Shown: positions 1 to 11,077 of the stretch, piece by piece
How positions within the stretch are numbered: the stretch's first letter is position 1
How the letters are laid out: the number at the start of each line of letters is the position of its first letter
Assembly (NCBI GenBank): GCA_002269645.1
Contig: NIVC01001140.1
Coordinates: forward strand, 52,242-116,241
Length of the DNA: 64,000 bases
Direction of reading: 5' to 3'
DNA from: Macrostomum lignano
Taxonomy: Eukaryota
Notes under the pieces: generated by a model
The model's database searches: none
The model's input: the letters and a program-made list of their open reading frames with translations, nothing else
What the model was told of the DNA's origin: nothing
Program-made: the position numbers and the translations under genes

Positions 1-3000
1 AGACTGTGCGCTGCATGCATGCCCGTGTGCGTGTCGTGAATGGCATCGAACGCGGCCTTGCGCAGTCTTGGTGGAATGAAGACTCTTCTTTGCATGTAGA
101 GTAGTCCATTTTCTTAGCGTTAGTTTGTTTGAGACTTTTTTGAACTGCGCTTCTGCCTGGCTGCAGTTTCGCCAATCGCCTTGGCGGACGCGATTGAGAA
201 TTCTCTGGGTGAGCGCGTCTAACTCCATCTCCGCTGTGATTCGTTTAGCGTCGATCACAGGTGATTCAAATGCGATTGAATTAATCGTCTCGAATGTGGC
301 CTTGTCGTCTGATGAGCTGTCATCGAATCTGAGTCTGGATAAGGCATCTACGTGTGGAATGCTACTGCCACGTGCATACTGAATTCGGTAATCAAACTGC
401 ATCAGGTACAAGGCCCAGCGTCCGATTCGGGCTGAGGCATCCACTGGGACGCCGGATCCGGAGCCAAAAAGTCGGATGAGCGGTTGATGGTCTGTGCGTA
501 TTGTGAATGGTCGGCCATGGAAGTAGTGCTTCAAGCGTGCGATGGCCCAAACAATAGCCAAGGCCTCCCGCTCGATGTTAGAATAATTGGATTCAGGAGG
601 ACAGGCTACGTGAAACGTATATCACGGGATGGCCATCTTGTGTTGCCACGGCGGCGAGGGCTCCTTTGGAAGCATCAGTGGTCAGCGTCAGTTCCTTTGT
701 CAAGCTGTAGGGCTGGACCACAGGCGCTGAAGCGATTTCCAGCTTTAGGCTCTCGAACGCTTTGGAACACTCCTCCGACCACACGAACGGAACGCTTGCT
801 TGTCGTAGTCTATTAAGCGGTGCAGCTTTGCCTGCAAAGTTTGGGATGAGGCGGCCGAAGAAGTTTACCAAGCCAAGAAAGTGAGCGAGCTCTGATTTAT
901 TTGCTGGCGGGCACACATGGCGAATTTTCTCCACTAGGCGATCATCGGGCTGAATACCAGCCGCAGATATTCGGAAGCCCAAGAACGAAACCGAATCGCA
1001 ATAGCTGATGCTTTTCGCTTCGTTGATAGTCACGCGCTTCTCAGATAGACGCGTTCGCACAGCAGCGAGGCGCTTCTCCAGCGTGGGTTTGTCTGGCGCG
1101 TGAATGAGAATGTCGTCTTGGTAGATAAGCAGTCCTTTGATGTCTTCCATGGTGCGTTGGAAGATGAAGGAGGCGTTCTTCATCCCCATTTGCAGCCGAT
1201 TGACACGATAGAGCCCGCGGGACGTGTTTATTACCGATAGGTCTCTCGCGGCTTCATCAAGCTCGATCTGCCAGTACGCCGAACGTAGATCGACTGTGGC
1301 GAAAGTTTTGGCGTTCTTTAGCTTGGAGAACATGGTCTCGATGTGTGGAATGGGATATGAGTCTGATTTGATCTTCGAATTGACGTGCACGCTGTAGTCG
1401 CGCACATGCGGAGAGTTCCATCCTTCTTCTTTTACCCACACTACGGGTGAAGCGTTACTAACCGGACCCTCTGTTGGCTCGATGACACCAAGTTGGTGGA
1501 GGCGATCCAGTTCTGCGCTGATTTGGCTTTCTAGGGCGAGTGGCACAGCACGAGCGCGGCAAAATTGTGGTTTAGCACCGTCCACCAGTTCCATTCGGGC
1601 CTTAACGCCTCGGATACAGGGCAGAGGTTCGACGGCAATTTTTTCTGCTTGAACATCGCTGGCATGGAAGACACCGTCAGACTCGAGGAGGTCGCGGCCA
1701 AGCAACCCGTACGTTTTCCGAAGAGACTACAATCAGTTCCACTGGTTGAAGGCGTCCTCGTAGCTCCACAGTTGCAGTCACTTTACCAAGCGATTTCATG
1801 ACGTGCCCGTCGAAGGCCTCCAAGCGCCGATTGGAACGCATTAGTGGTGGCTTACCCAGCAGAGCCCATTGCGCACTGGAGAGCACGGAGACTGATGCTC
1901 CCGTGTCGATCTGCATTTTGAAGGGCTTATCGTTGATGCGCACAGTCTCCATAGATACTTCGATCGAATTGAGCGCATCGATGAGATGCAGTACGTCTGT
2001 TTTTTGTTGGGCGGAATCTAATCCTCCTCACCAGTAGTCGTGTAGTGCATGGATCGAGACTTACAAACAGTACTGAAGTGGTTTTTCTTTCCACACTTGG
2101 AGCAGCTTTTTCCGAAAGCGGGGCATCTGCCTTCGGGGTGTGACTTGCCACAGTACCGACAGGCGCTGATTGTGCGACGAGAGCTTGCATGCTGCGATGT
2201 CTCAGGCCAACCGGATTGAGCGTAATTAAGGGTGGCTTCGTAGGTGCATGGTGATTTAGATTGGCCGGTTGCCTTGTCCATCTGCCTGGCGACGAAGCCA
2301 TCGACTTGCTCTAGGTTGCGTATGAAGTCCGTGATTTCTGAGACGGACATCAGTTTCAGCTGCATTGCTTCGAGTACGCGCTGCTGCTCCCGGCTATCGC
2401 GCAGTCCTGCGATGAGTGCCGTACTGATTAGCTCCTCGGAAGGGCTTCTGCATGCCTTGAGGTCGTCGAACTTGCAGTCAGTGGCCGCCTGGCGAAGACG
2501 ACTGACGAAATCAGAAATGCTTTCTCCTTGCAGTTGTTGCGTCTTGAAGAATCGCGCGCGCTCAGCGATTATCAGTTTCTCTTTGGGGCGCAGATACGTG
2601 ACAAATGTCGTCTGAATATCCTCGAATGAGAGCTCCGTGAGTGGGCGTGGCGACACCGGACTCTGCAGCTTTTCAAGCGCGGTGAGTCCACAGATAGCGA
2701 GAAAGTTGTCAGCGATCGTTTTTCTTTCGGTTGAATCAGACCAGCCTTTCGCTCTGGCCAGCGCTTGAAAGGCAGTCAGCCAAACCTGTGCTCGGTCAGG
2801 TTTATCCAGCGGCAGTTCGCCGAGCTGCGACGCCATTGTTGTGAATTGAACTCCGGCTGAAGTATTTAACTCATGAGCTTAAGATTCTTTATATTTCTTA
2901 TTTGAAAGAGATCAAAAAGGTGAGCTCTAGCAACTTTGGGCTGGGTTAGTTACCATAGAAGAAACTGTAGCGATAGAATGCTTAGAGGCGATTAGTGCAA

Positions 3001-3070
3001 ACAAACGGCATTGAATAACGAACTTGAACTTATATAAACTATAGTGCATCTCAGTGTGCGATACACCACA
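1..3070 (-). mobile_element. Ty3/gypsy LTR retrotransposon Gypsy-A, copy 1 (runs off the left window edge; pol broken by small indels; 5' LTR 2837-3070)
   Basis: Gag ORF 2018-2836 with Cys/His knuckle (CSKCGKKNHFSTVC), protease DTGA, RT YQDD, RNase H TDAS. Near-identical to 29114-33391, but with 1-2 nt indels (e.g. ~597, ~1398, ~1430, ~1714) that split pol. Confidence 0.95.
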
Positions 3071-3513
3071 AAAATACATGTATTAAAACAAAATGTTTTT
3101 CTTAGAAACGCGAGGATTTAAAAAGGCATAAAAGTAAGATTTGATCACGTAAAAAGATAAAGATAAGTGTGGTAGAGCCCCCCCCTGCGTGAGACCCCCT
3201 GCTCCCCTCCTCGATGACCAAAAGTGCTTCCTAAGTTCCTTCTCTGATCCCGCGCGTGGCCCTTTCCCTTTTGGGGCCCTTCTTTTCCCTCCTTTGGTAT
3301 TATCCTTTGGATAATCTGAAATATACTAAATCTCTAAGGTTTGTATGCTTGAATGACCATAACGATCCAGAGACTTATTAACTACTATAAATATTAAGTG
3401 GTTGATTAGGCCTTACCTAGGCCTTATATTGGTAGTTGATTAAAGTGTGCATAGGAAACAGTTTGTTATAGGCTTAGTTTGTATACTTAATTTTCTGTAT
3501 GGGAACTGATCAA

Positions 3514-4368
3514 GGTATCCACGCTTTTCGGTGCCTGTGCTTTTCGGTGCCCGTCATTTCGGTGCCCCAGGTCGCTTTTCGGTGCCCAAATTAAACATTA
3601 GAATTGGACACAAAATATAGAGATTGAGCTCTAATTTAGCAGTAAGTGCTTTGTCTTTGCGGTACTCTTATTTACTTTAAAAAATAAAGTATTATTCATT
3701 TAGTTAAGCTGACCTGCTGTTTTAGTGAATTCAAAAAAATGGTTTTCGATTAGGCCTACTCGATTCGATTTACTTCCATGTCGCTATAGCCGCGCGTCTC
3801 AGCCGCGTCAAAATTTTAAACTAATGCCCTAAATGCGCTTGTAATAAAATCTTATAGATTATGGTCCAAGAGTTATGCCCAAAAAGATTTCAGTTCATTA
3901 AATAATACTCGCTACATTATCCTAGGCAGTTTTATGAAATAAAACATGATCGGGTGATTCAAAAAATCAATACTAACTAAAATACATGTAGACTTGTCAC
4001 ATTTCATAATTTCGATCAAAACTACATGTAGCATTGTTGATGGATTTTAACTTTCCTAACTAAGTCTTCATAGCACTAGCACGCTTGCTGAGGGCAGCCA
4101 GCTTATATTGTATATACAGGATACAGCAACTGTGTGCAATTAAATTGAACGGATTTTTCCAATGTAAAGAAACGTGCCAGTTTAACAAAATTAATACTGC
4201 TTTTATTTAAAATATCGAACGTTTTGTAAAGTATTTATCATATTTGTTATAGGATTTCTTTTTTATTATCATCATTTTGGCGTAATATAAACTGGGGCAC
4301 CGAAAGGCAATCTGGGGCACCGAAATGCCGGGCACCGAAAAGCACGGGCACCGAAATGCATGGAAACC
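3514..4368. mobile_element. 855-bp non-autonomous TIR element (MITE-1), copy 1
   Basis: About 57-bp imperfect TIRs (GGTATCCACGCTTTTCGGTGCC... / ...GGCACCGAAATGCATGGAAACC) built from TTTCGGTGCC motifs. Exact 8-bp TSD CTGATCAA at 3506-3513 and 4369-4376. Confidence 0.88.
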
Positions 4369-5193
4369 CTGATCAAAAGGGCGATAGTCGACAGATCAAA
4401 AGGGCGACAGTTAAAAGGGTGACAGTCAAAAGGGCTTTCATTCCCTTATTTTTGTTTATTTAAAATTTTTAGTTTGACCTGTTTTAGGTGTTTATATGCA
4501 TAAAGAAACCAGGACATATATGATATGGTAAATAAATATCCTTGATAATTTCTTTGAATTGCTGAGCACTCACAATTAGCTTAACAACTTACAAAAGTAG
4601 CAAAAAATAATAGATAGAAATAGAAAAAATTGCTGCTATTTCTAGAAAATGCTACTCTTTTGTATTAAATGTTTCACTGGTTTGTTGCTAGCTATTGTTT
4701 CCAATAGATTTAACAATAGACAAAAATATTTGAACTAATAAGCCATTTTTTCTATAGGTTCATCATGTTTGAGGGCAGATAAGGAATGCATTCCATAAGT
4801 GTCGTGTCTATTTTTCCTTTATAATAACTTGCAGTTACATAAAGTCCTAGTACTAAAATTATTTAAAAATAGCACAATCAGATTTTATTAATATTATTTT
4901 TTTATTTGTACTCCCATCATCTTTTAACTGCAACCTTTATTTGAAATGTTGATACCTTTGTTATAGAAACTGACAATACTTGCATTTTTAAATAGCTTTT
5001 TTATACTACTTTTTGTACACCAAATGCAAAATTATTATATATACAATATGCCAAATGCAATTTTTGAAGATTTGAGCATGCCAAATGAACTATAAAGAGC
5101 TAATGCATACTGGAATTTTGAAGCAAAAAGGCCACCTTCCTGACTATGGCATATATATTCATGTTTATTTTCTATTACCAACTTTCTAAGGTC

Positions 5194-6179
5194 CAGTGTT
5201 GGGTACCAGTCTTAATAAATATTAAATCTTAATGCTTAATAATTATGCTTATTAACAGATTAAGTCTAAAGAGAAGTTATATATATAGCAATAGAAATAT
5301 ATTCAAATTTACCTAAATGCCATAGTTTGGGAAGTGACATATATGCCAAGAAATCCTAGTATACAACAAGGATCTTACCATTTTCAGCGTATATCAGGAT
5401 ATATCCTAGTTTATATGACATAGCAGATACATTGTGTCAAATGGCTTGAATTTTTTGTATTGGTGCACAAACTTGGCATATAAATGAGGTCTCATCATTT
5501 TTTATGGTATTTAGTGTTTACTAGTACACATTCCTAACAATGGCCTAAATGATTTATTAATCTCTTTGTTTATGAAGATCATCATGCAAATGTAATAACT
5601 TCTTACTAATAAACTTTAATTATGAATTAAACTTGTGAAATTTAATTATTGCTTGTGTGTGAACATTGATTGCTTTGATTCACTTCTTTCTTAATCTTTC
5701 ATAACTTTCTGCTGCACTTGCTAATGCTTCTGCAACAACCTTCCTATTCATATTTTATTATTATACTCATCTAATCAGTTTTCAAGTTCCAAAAAAATAA
5801 GTTACTTCTTTTACTATATGCCTAGCCTACTTTTAGTAGTATTACATACCTACAAGTTTTTACAATTTTCATGTATTACTTTTTAGCTTGTAAATTGCTT
5901 GGATGACCTCTGTGTTTTTCTCACATATAAAGATGATAAAAAGTTGCTAAAAAGATAGAAAAGCAAAGACAGTGCATTATGAAGTCTGTTTTGAAAAAAA
6001 ACTGCAAGATTTTTGTATTTTCTATGTTAACTTTAATGGATTAACACTCATTTACTCTTATCTATTAACTACTTTCAGTTAACTTAACAAAATTAAGAGT
6101 TAATAAGTTAAGATTTTTATGTTTTAATGCTTTAGCCCTTAATAGAAGTTAAGATTTTTATTAACAGTGCCCAACACTA
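5194..6179. mobile_element. ~986-bp hAT-like MITE (MITE-2), copy 1
   Basis: Termini CAGTGTTGGG / CCCAACACTA, similar AT-rich subterminal TTAA-motif regions, and a degenerate 8-bp TSD (CTAAGGTC vs GTAAGGTG, 6/8). Confidence 0.6.
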
Positions 6180-6749
6180 GTAAGGTGTTAAATATCTTGA
6201 GGTATTAAGGTCTTTAATCTTTTTTAAATCATTTAACATTGAGATTTTGAACTTATTGTTATGAAAATATGAATGTCTAAGTGGTATTAGTAATACATTG
6301 TGAGTGGGCCTTATGCCATAGGCATACAACTCTACAACCAAAAGCCAGCATATACAATATACATACTACTAGTGCTATTACAGTATGTCATAACATTATA
6401 ACAATGCAATGACAAGGATAATAATGGAAAAATATCAATCCTAGGATAATCCTATCGACCTATCCTAGCATCTCAGATTTGATATTTTCTAATCCCAGGA
6501 TCCTAGGTTTGAGGGAACATCTAGGATTTTGTGACCCCTAAGTGTTCATAACAATTATAATTATTTCAATATTACACACATTTAAACAAATTAAAAACTT
6601 TAAAATGAGTTTTTTAAAGAATTGTTTATGGGAATAAGGCCTATTGCATACGTTTTTATTACCTCCCCGCTCCTATTTTTGACTTTGATTTTTTAAATGG
6701 CTATACAACATCTACATTTTATTTCATTGCTTTAACTGCTTATTGATTG

Positions 6750-9618
6750 ATGCAGCCGAACACTGGCACCCAGGCCGACTCAGGCTCCTCTCAGAGTGAG
6801 CCCGAGTGCATCAGTCAGACCAGGGAGCAGCGGCAGCAGTCAACCTACCTGGATGAGAAAATCGCGGTGCCCCAGCCCGGCCAGGAGGTGTTCTCCCTGC
6901 GCAAGCTGTGGGCATACACGGGACCGGGCTTTCTCATGAGCATCGCTTACCTGGATCCTGGGAATATTGAGAGCGACCTTCAAACTGGCACCTTGGCCAG
7001 GTTCGACCTGCTGTGGCTGCTGCTGCTGGCGCACATCTTGGGGCTCCTCATGCAGCGGCTGGCCGCCAGGCTTGGCGTGGTCAGCGGCTGCAACCTGGCG
7101 GAGGCTGCGTCCGAGTTTTACCCAGCTGTGCCCCGCTTCCTGCTCTGGCTCATGGTTGAGGTGAGAAGTGCTTGTGTACTGTGTGTGAGCTCATGGTTGA
7201 GGTGAGAAGTGCTTGTGTACTGTGTGTGAGCTCATGGTTGAGGTGAGAAGTGCTTGTGTACTGTGTGTGAGCTCATGGTTGAGGTGAGCAGTGCTTGTGT
7301 ACTGTGTGTGAGCTCATGGTTGAGGTGAGCAGTGCTTGTGTACTGTGTGTGAGCTCATGGTTGAGGTGAGCAGTGCTTGTGTACTGTGTATGAGCTCATG
7401 GTTGAGGTGAGCAATGCTTGTGTACTGTGTGTGAGCTCATGGTTGAGGTGAGCAGTGCTTGTGTACTGTGTATGAGCTCATGGTTGAGGTGAGCAATGCT
7501 TGTGTACTGTGTGAGCTCATGGTTGAGGTGAGCAGTGCTGCAATCAGTGAGCAGTGCTGCAATCAGTGAGCAGTGCTGCAATCAGTGAGCAGTGCTGCAA
7601 TCAGTGAGCAGTGCTGCAATCAGTGAGCAGTGCTGCAATCAGTGAGCAGTGCTGCAATCAGTGAGCAGTGCTGCAATCAGTGAGCAGTGCTGCAATCAGT
7701 GAGCAGTGCTGCAATCAGTGAGAAGTGCTGCAATCAGTGAGCAGTGCTGCAATCAGTGAGCAGTGCTGCAATCAGTGAGCAGTGCTGCAATCAGTGAGCA
7801 GTGCTGCAATCAGTGAGCAGTGCTGCAATCAGTGAGCAGTGCTGCAATCAGTGAGCAGTGCTGCAATCAGTGAGAAGTGCTGCAATCAGTGAGCAGTGCT
7901 GCAATCAGTGAGCAGTGCTGCAATCAGTGAGCAGTGCTGCAATCAGTGAGCAGTGCTGCAATCAGTGAGCAGTGCTGCTTGCAGTGTGCTGTGACCTCAC
8001 TATGGATCAATGACGTCATCCATAAAGTCGCTGGTCAGTGCCAGTCTGAAAGCAGCAATGCCATGCAGCCATCCCTTGCCCTCCATAGGTGGCTATTGTG
8101 GGCTCGGACATGCAAGAGGTGATCGGGACGGCCATCGCCCTTAACCTGCTGAGCAACGGGGCGATCCCGCTGTGGGCCGGCGTGCTCATTACCATTGTCG
8201 ACACCTTCACGTTCCTGCTGCTGGACAAGTACGGCCTGCGCCGCCTAGAGGCCTTTTTCGGCTTTCTCATCCTCACCATGGCCGTCACGTTCGGCTACGA
8301 GTACGTGGTGGTGCAGCCCGACCAGCGGCAGGTGCTGCGCGGCCTGGTGGTGCCGGGGTGCCGCGGCTGCGGGGGCCGTCAGCTGCTGCAGGCGGTGGGC
8401 ACCATCGGAGCGGTGATCATGCCGCACAACATCTACCTGCACAGCGCCCTCGTGCAGTCGCGTGACGTGAACAGGCAAGACAGGCGGGCGGTGCGTGAGG
8501 CCAACAAGTACTTCTTCGTGGAGTCCTCCATCGCTCTGTTCGTGTCCTTTCTCATCAACCTGTTCGTGGTGTCCGTGTTCGCCCAGGGTTACAGCGAGCA
8601 GGCCATGAGTGCCATCTACAACTCCTGTGTGGCCAACGACAATCCGCATGCCGACATCTTCAGCGGTGAGGAGGCCGTTTTTGTGAATGTCTTTTTTAGA
8701 AAAAATGCTTTAACTGCCACTCAAACGAACAATAACGCACTGTATAAAGCTGCTGCTGCTTGTCTTCTCCAGAAAGTACTCCTAGTACTCCTAGAAATTC
8801 CTAGTTTATAGTTTCTTTTTTTTGAAATTCTATGCCTCAGCGTTAATTTGAAACTTATATGTAGTTTTCTCAGCAACCTTGAAGCTTTACAAATGTCCAA
8901 TTGTGGTAAATTTTCAGGCAACTCCAGCAAGCTGGATATGGACATCTACCGGGGCGGCGTCTTCCTCGGCTGCCAGTTCGGCCTGGCCTGCATGTACATC
9001 TGGGCGGTGGGCATCCTGGCTGCTGGCCAGTCCTCCACCATGACCGGCACCTACGCGGGCCAGTTCGTCATGGAGGGCTTCCTGCGGCTGCGCTGGAAGC
9101 GCTGGCAGCGGGTGCTGCTCACTCGCTCCTTGGCCATCGCCCCCACCGTCCTGCTGGCCGCCCTCACCGACATCAACCGGCTCACCGGCCTCAACGATCT
9201 GCTGAACGTACTCATGTCCCAGCAGCTGCCGTTCGCCCTCATCCCCATCCTCACTTTCACGGCTTCAGGCCGCTACATGAGCGAGTTCCGTAACCACCCT
9301 GTCATCAGCCTGCTGGCTGCGCTGCTCTCTGCCGCCGTGGTGGCCATCAACGTCTTCTTCATGGCGGTGTTCGTGCAGCAGCTGCCGCAGGTGTGGTACG
9401 TTCTGGCACCTTTAGGCCTGGCCTGCCTGCTGTACTTCTGCTTCATCATCTACCTGGTGGTCCTGGCCTGCGCGGAGATTTTCCCAGTCTGCTGCGGCCG
9501 GCTCGGGGATCGTTGCCGCGGCCGCGGTGGTCAGCAGTTGCTCGGCAGCGGTGGCGACTCCGAGATTGTGGAGCCGCTGCTGGGAGACAGTGAGCTGGCC
9601 GGAGGGACCGCGACTTGA
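6750..9618 (+). CDS. SLC11A2: NRAMP/SLC11 (DMT1/Malvolio-like) divalent metal transporter, copy 1; exons 6750-7160, 8089-8665, 8918-9618; 562 aa
   Basis: Signature motifs [22 protein letters not shown] and [23 protein letters not shown] introns with matching phases (0 and 1). Total 1689 nt in frame. The symbol marks the family; SLC11A1 vs A2 orthology is not resolved. Confidence 0.95.
7148..7978. repeat. Composite intronic minisatellite: ~10 x 41-bp unit containing the exon-1 donor, then 23 x 19-bp unit (CAGTGCTGCAATCAGTGAG)
   Basis: GAG|GTGAG recurs at 7161, 7202, 7243, 7284, 7325, 7366, 7407, 7448, 7489, 7528. The 19-bp period runs 7533-7969. Confidence 0.95.
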
Positions 9619-10726
9619 GCGCAACTAAGCTGGTAATAGCAGCAGCTTATGGTTCGATTTTTACCGGCTGTTACAGACATTATTTTTCATGCAAGGCAGT
9701 TGAACTGCGTACTTTAGATCTGTTTCAGTCTGTTTCTTTGCCTACTTGGAATGGTCTGCAACAGTTTTATGCAGAGGCAATTCAGTTCGCTTATAAGCAG
9801 TCAATTATTCGAAGGGTTTTGCTACCAACGTTCCTGCAATTCCGCTGAGGCAATTGGAATTCGGACCTCCGTACAGTTTCTCAGTACAGTATTGGAATAT
9901 AACTGGGTGGTATTGAGGCGATTTTGTATGATGAGTTTAACCAGAGCTTCTAAATAATTATGATGGCGCTTTAACGCTCAGCAGTCTGCACTTGAACTAA
10001 AAACACCCTCAATTGTTACAGCTGCGGTTTCAATTTTTGCAAGCTTTTTCAAGACTATAGTGAGGTCGAACAGCTGAGTAGCTTTTGTTTTCAGTAGACT
10101 TTGTTTTTATATCGTGTTGTTAAAGTTGTCTTATTGTTTTTCCGAGTCTCAGATTTATTATTAATAGAGAGCTCCTCGTATATGTCCTGTAAACTGCAGA
10201 CCACTTTTACTCCGGACTGTGGACTGTAAAAGTGCTGCATGTACTTTCGGTGAGTGTAATAAACTGGTATCGTATTTTAGTGTACACAGCTTTCTGAGAT
10301 TTATGAGCAGTGTGTGCTCTGAACGATAACCATAAAAAATGAATAGAACTTGCTTTTTTCTTTGGCCCATTGCACCAGCGGGATCGACTAAAGCCTCGTA
10401 AAGACAAGCCTTTATCGAATTAGTTACAGCAAGCTGTTGCTGTGGAAGCAGTTTAAGTCGTTAATTTATTGGTGCCTAGTAGTCAATAAGGCTTGCGCGC
10501 CTTGAACAATAGAGGAAAGACTAACAGAATTTATAGCTAGCATTATGTACGCTTGATCTTGCAATAGTGCAACTGTACATGCGGAACATCTGAATGAATC
10601 AACTATCAGTAATAACTGATAACATTAAAATGCTCTATAAAACAGATAAATAACTCTCAGGCATTCTTACAGGTAAAATAAATAACTAAAATGTGAATAC
10701 TGAGATGAGTAATTAAAGCTTGTGGC

Positions 10727-10893
10727 TCAGCGAGGCTCTGCAGCCAGGAGTGGCGGCTGGTGGCAGAGCAGCGCCTCGGTCTGGCGCGACCAGAACAGCA
10801 GCAGGTCGGACCAGCAGTGGCGCATCCACAGCATGCCCAGCACAACGCACAGGTGCCAGTGGTTGTGGCTGTGGCCAGCGAAGTCGAAGCGGC
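10727..10893 (-). pseudogene. Orphan terminal exon (exon 6) of the PAQR3-like gene, cut off by the junction at ~11081
   Basis: Encodes GRFDFAGHSHNHWHLCVVLGMLW...; matches 41028-41194; the upstream exons are absent from this copy. Confidence 0.9.
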
Positions 10894-11077
10894 CTTGGGT
10901 TGAAGAGACAGAAGGCATAATAAGAATATTGACTAGAGTTTTTGCCAAAAAGGGCAATATTTAAGCCGTCAATTTATTACCATAGAAATATGCAGTACAC
11001 GATCGTAGCACAATGTTCTTTTAACAGCCTGATTTATTTTCAATGATCGACAAAAAAGCAACTTATAAAATGACCAA

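Noticed and set aside
1-1800. Frameshifts in copy-1 pol as programmed recoding or real decay
   Set aside because: They are scattered 1-2 nt indels, several in homopolymers, absent from the other two copies, and consistent with long-read consensus error. They cannot be interpreted without reads.
7148-7978. Regular repeat arrays (also 23.2, 24.6, 42 and 44 kb, and the 64-bp units) as CRISPR arrays
   Set aside because: The units are head to tail with no unique spacers, there are no cas genes, and the context is eukaryotic introns or LTRs.
10296-10325. Iron-responsive element in the NRAMP 3' region (CAGTGT at 10308-10313)
   Set aside because: The flanks (ATGAG / GTGCT) do not form the 5-bp upper stem with a bulged C. 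No canonical IRE was seen by eye; a SIREs-type search would be decisive.
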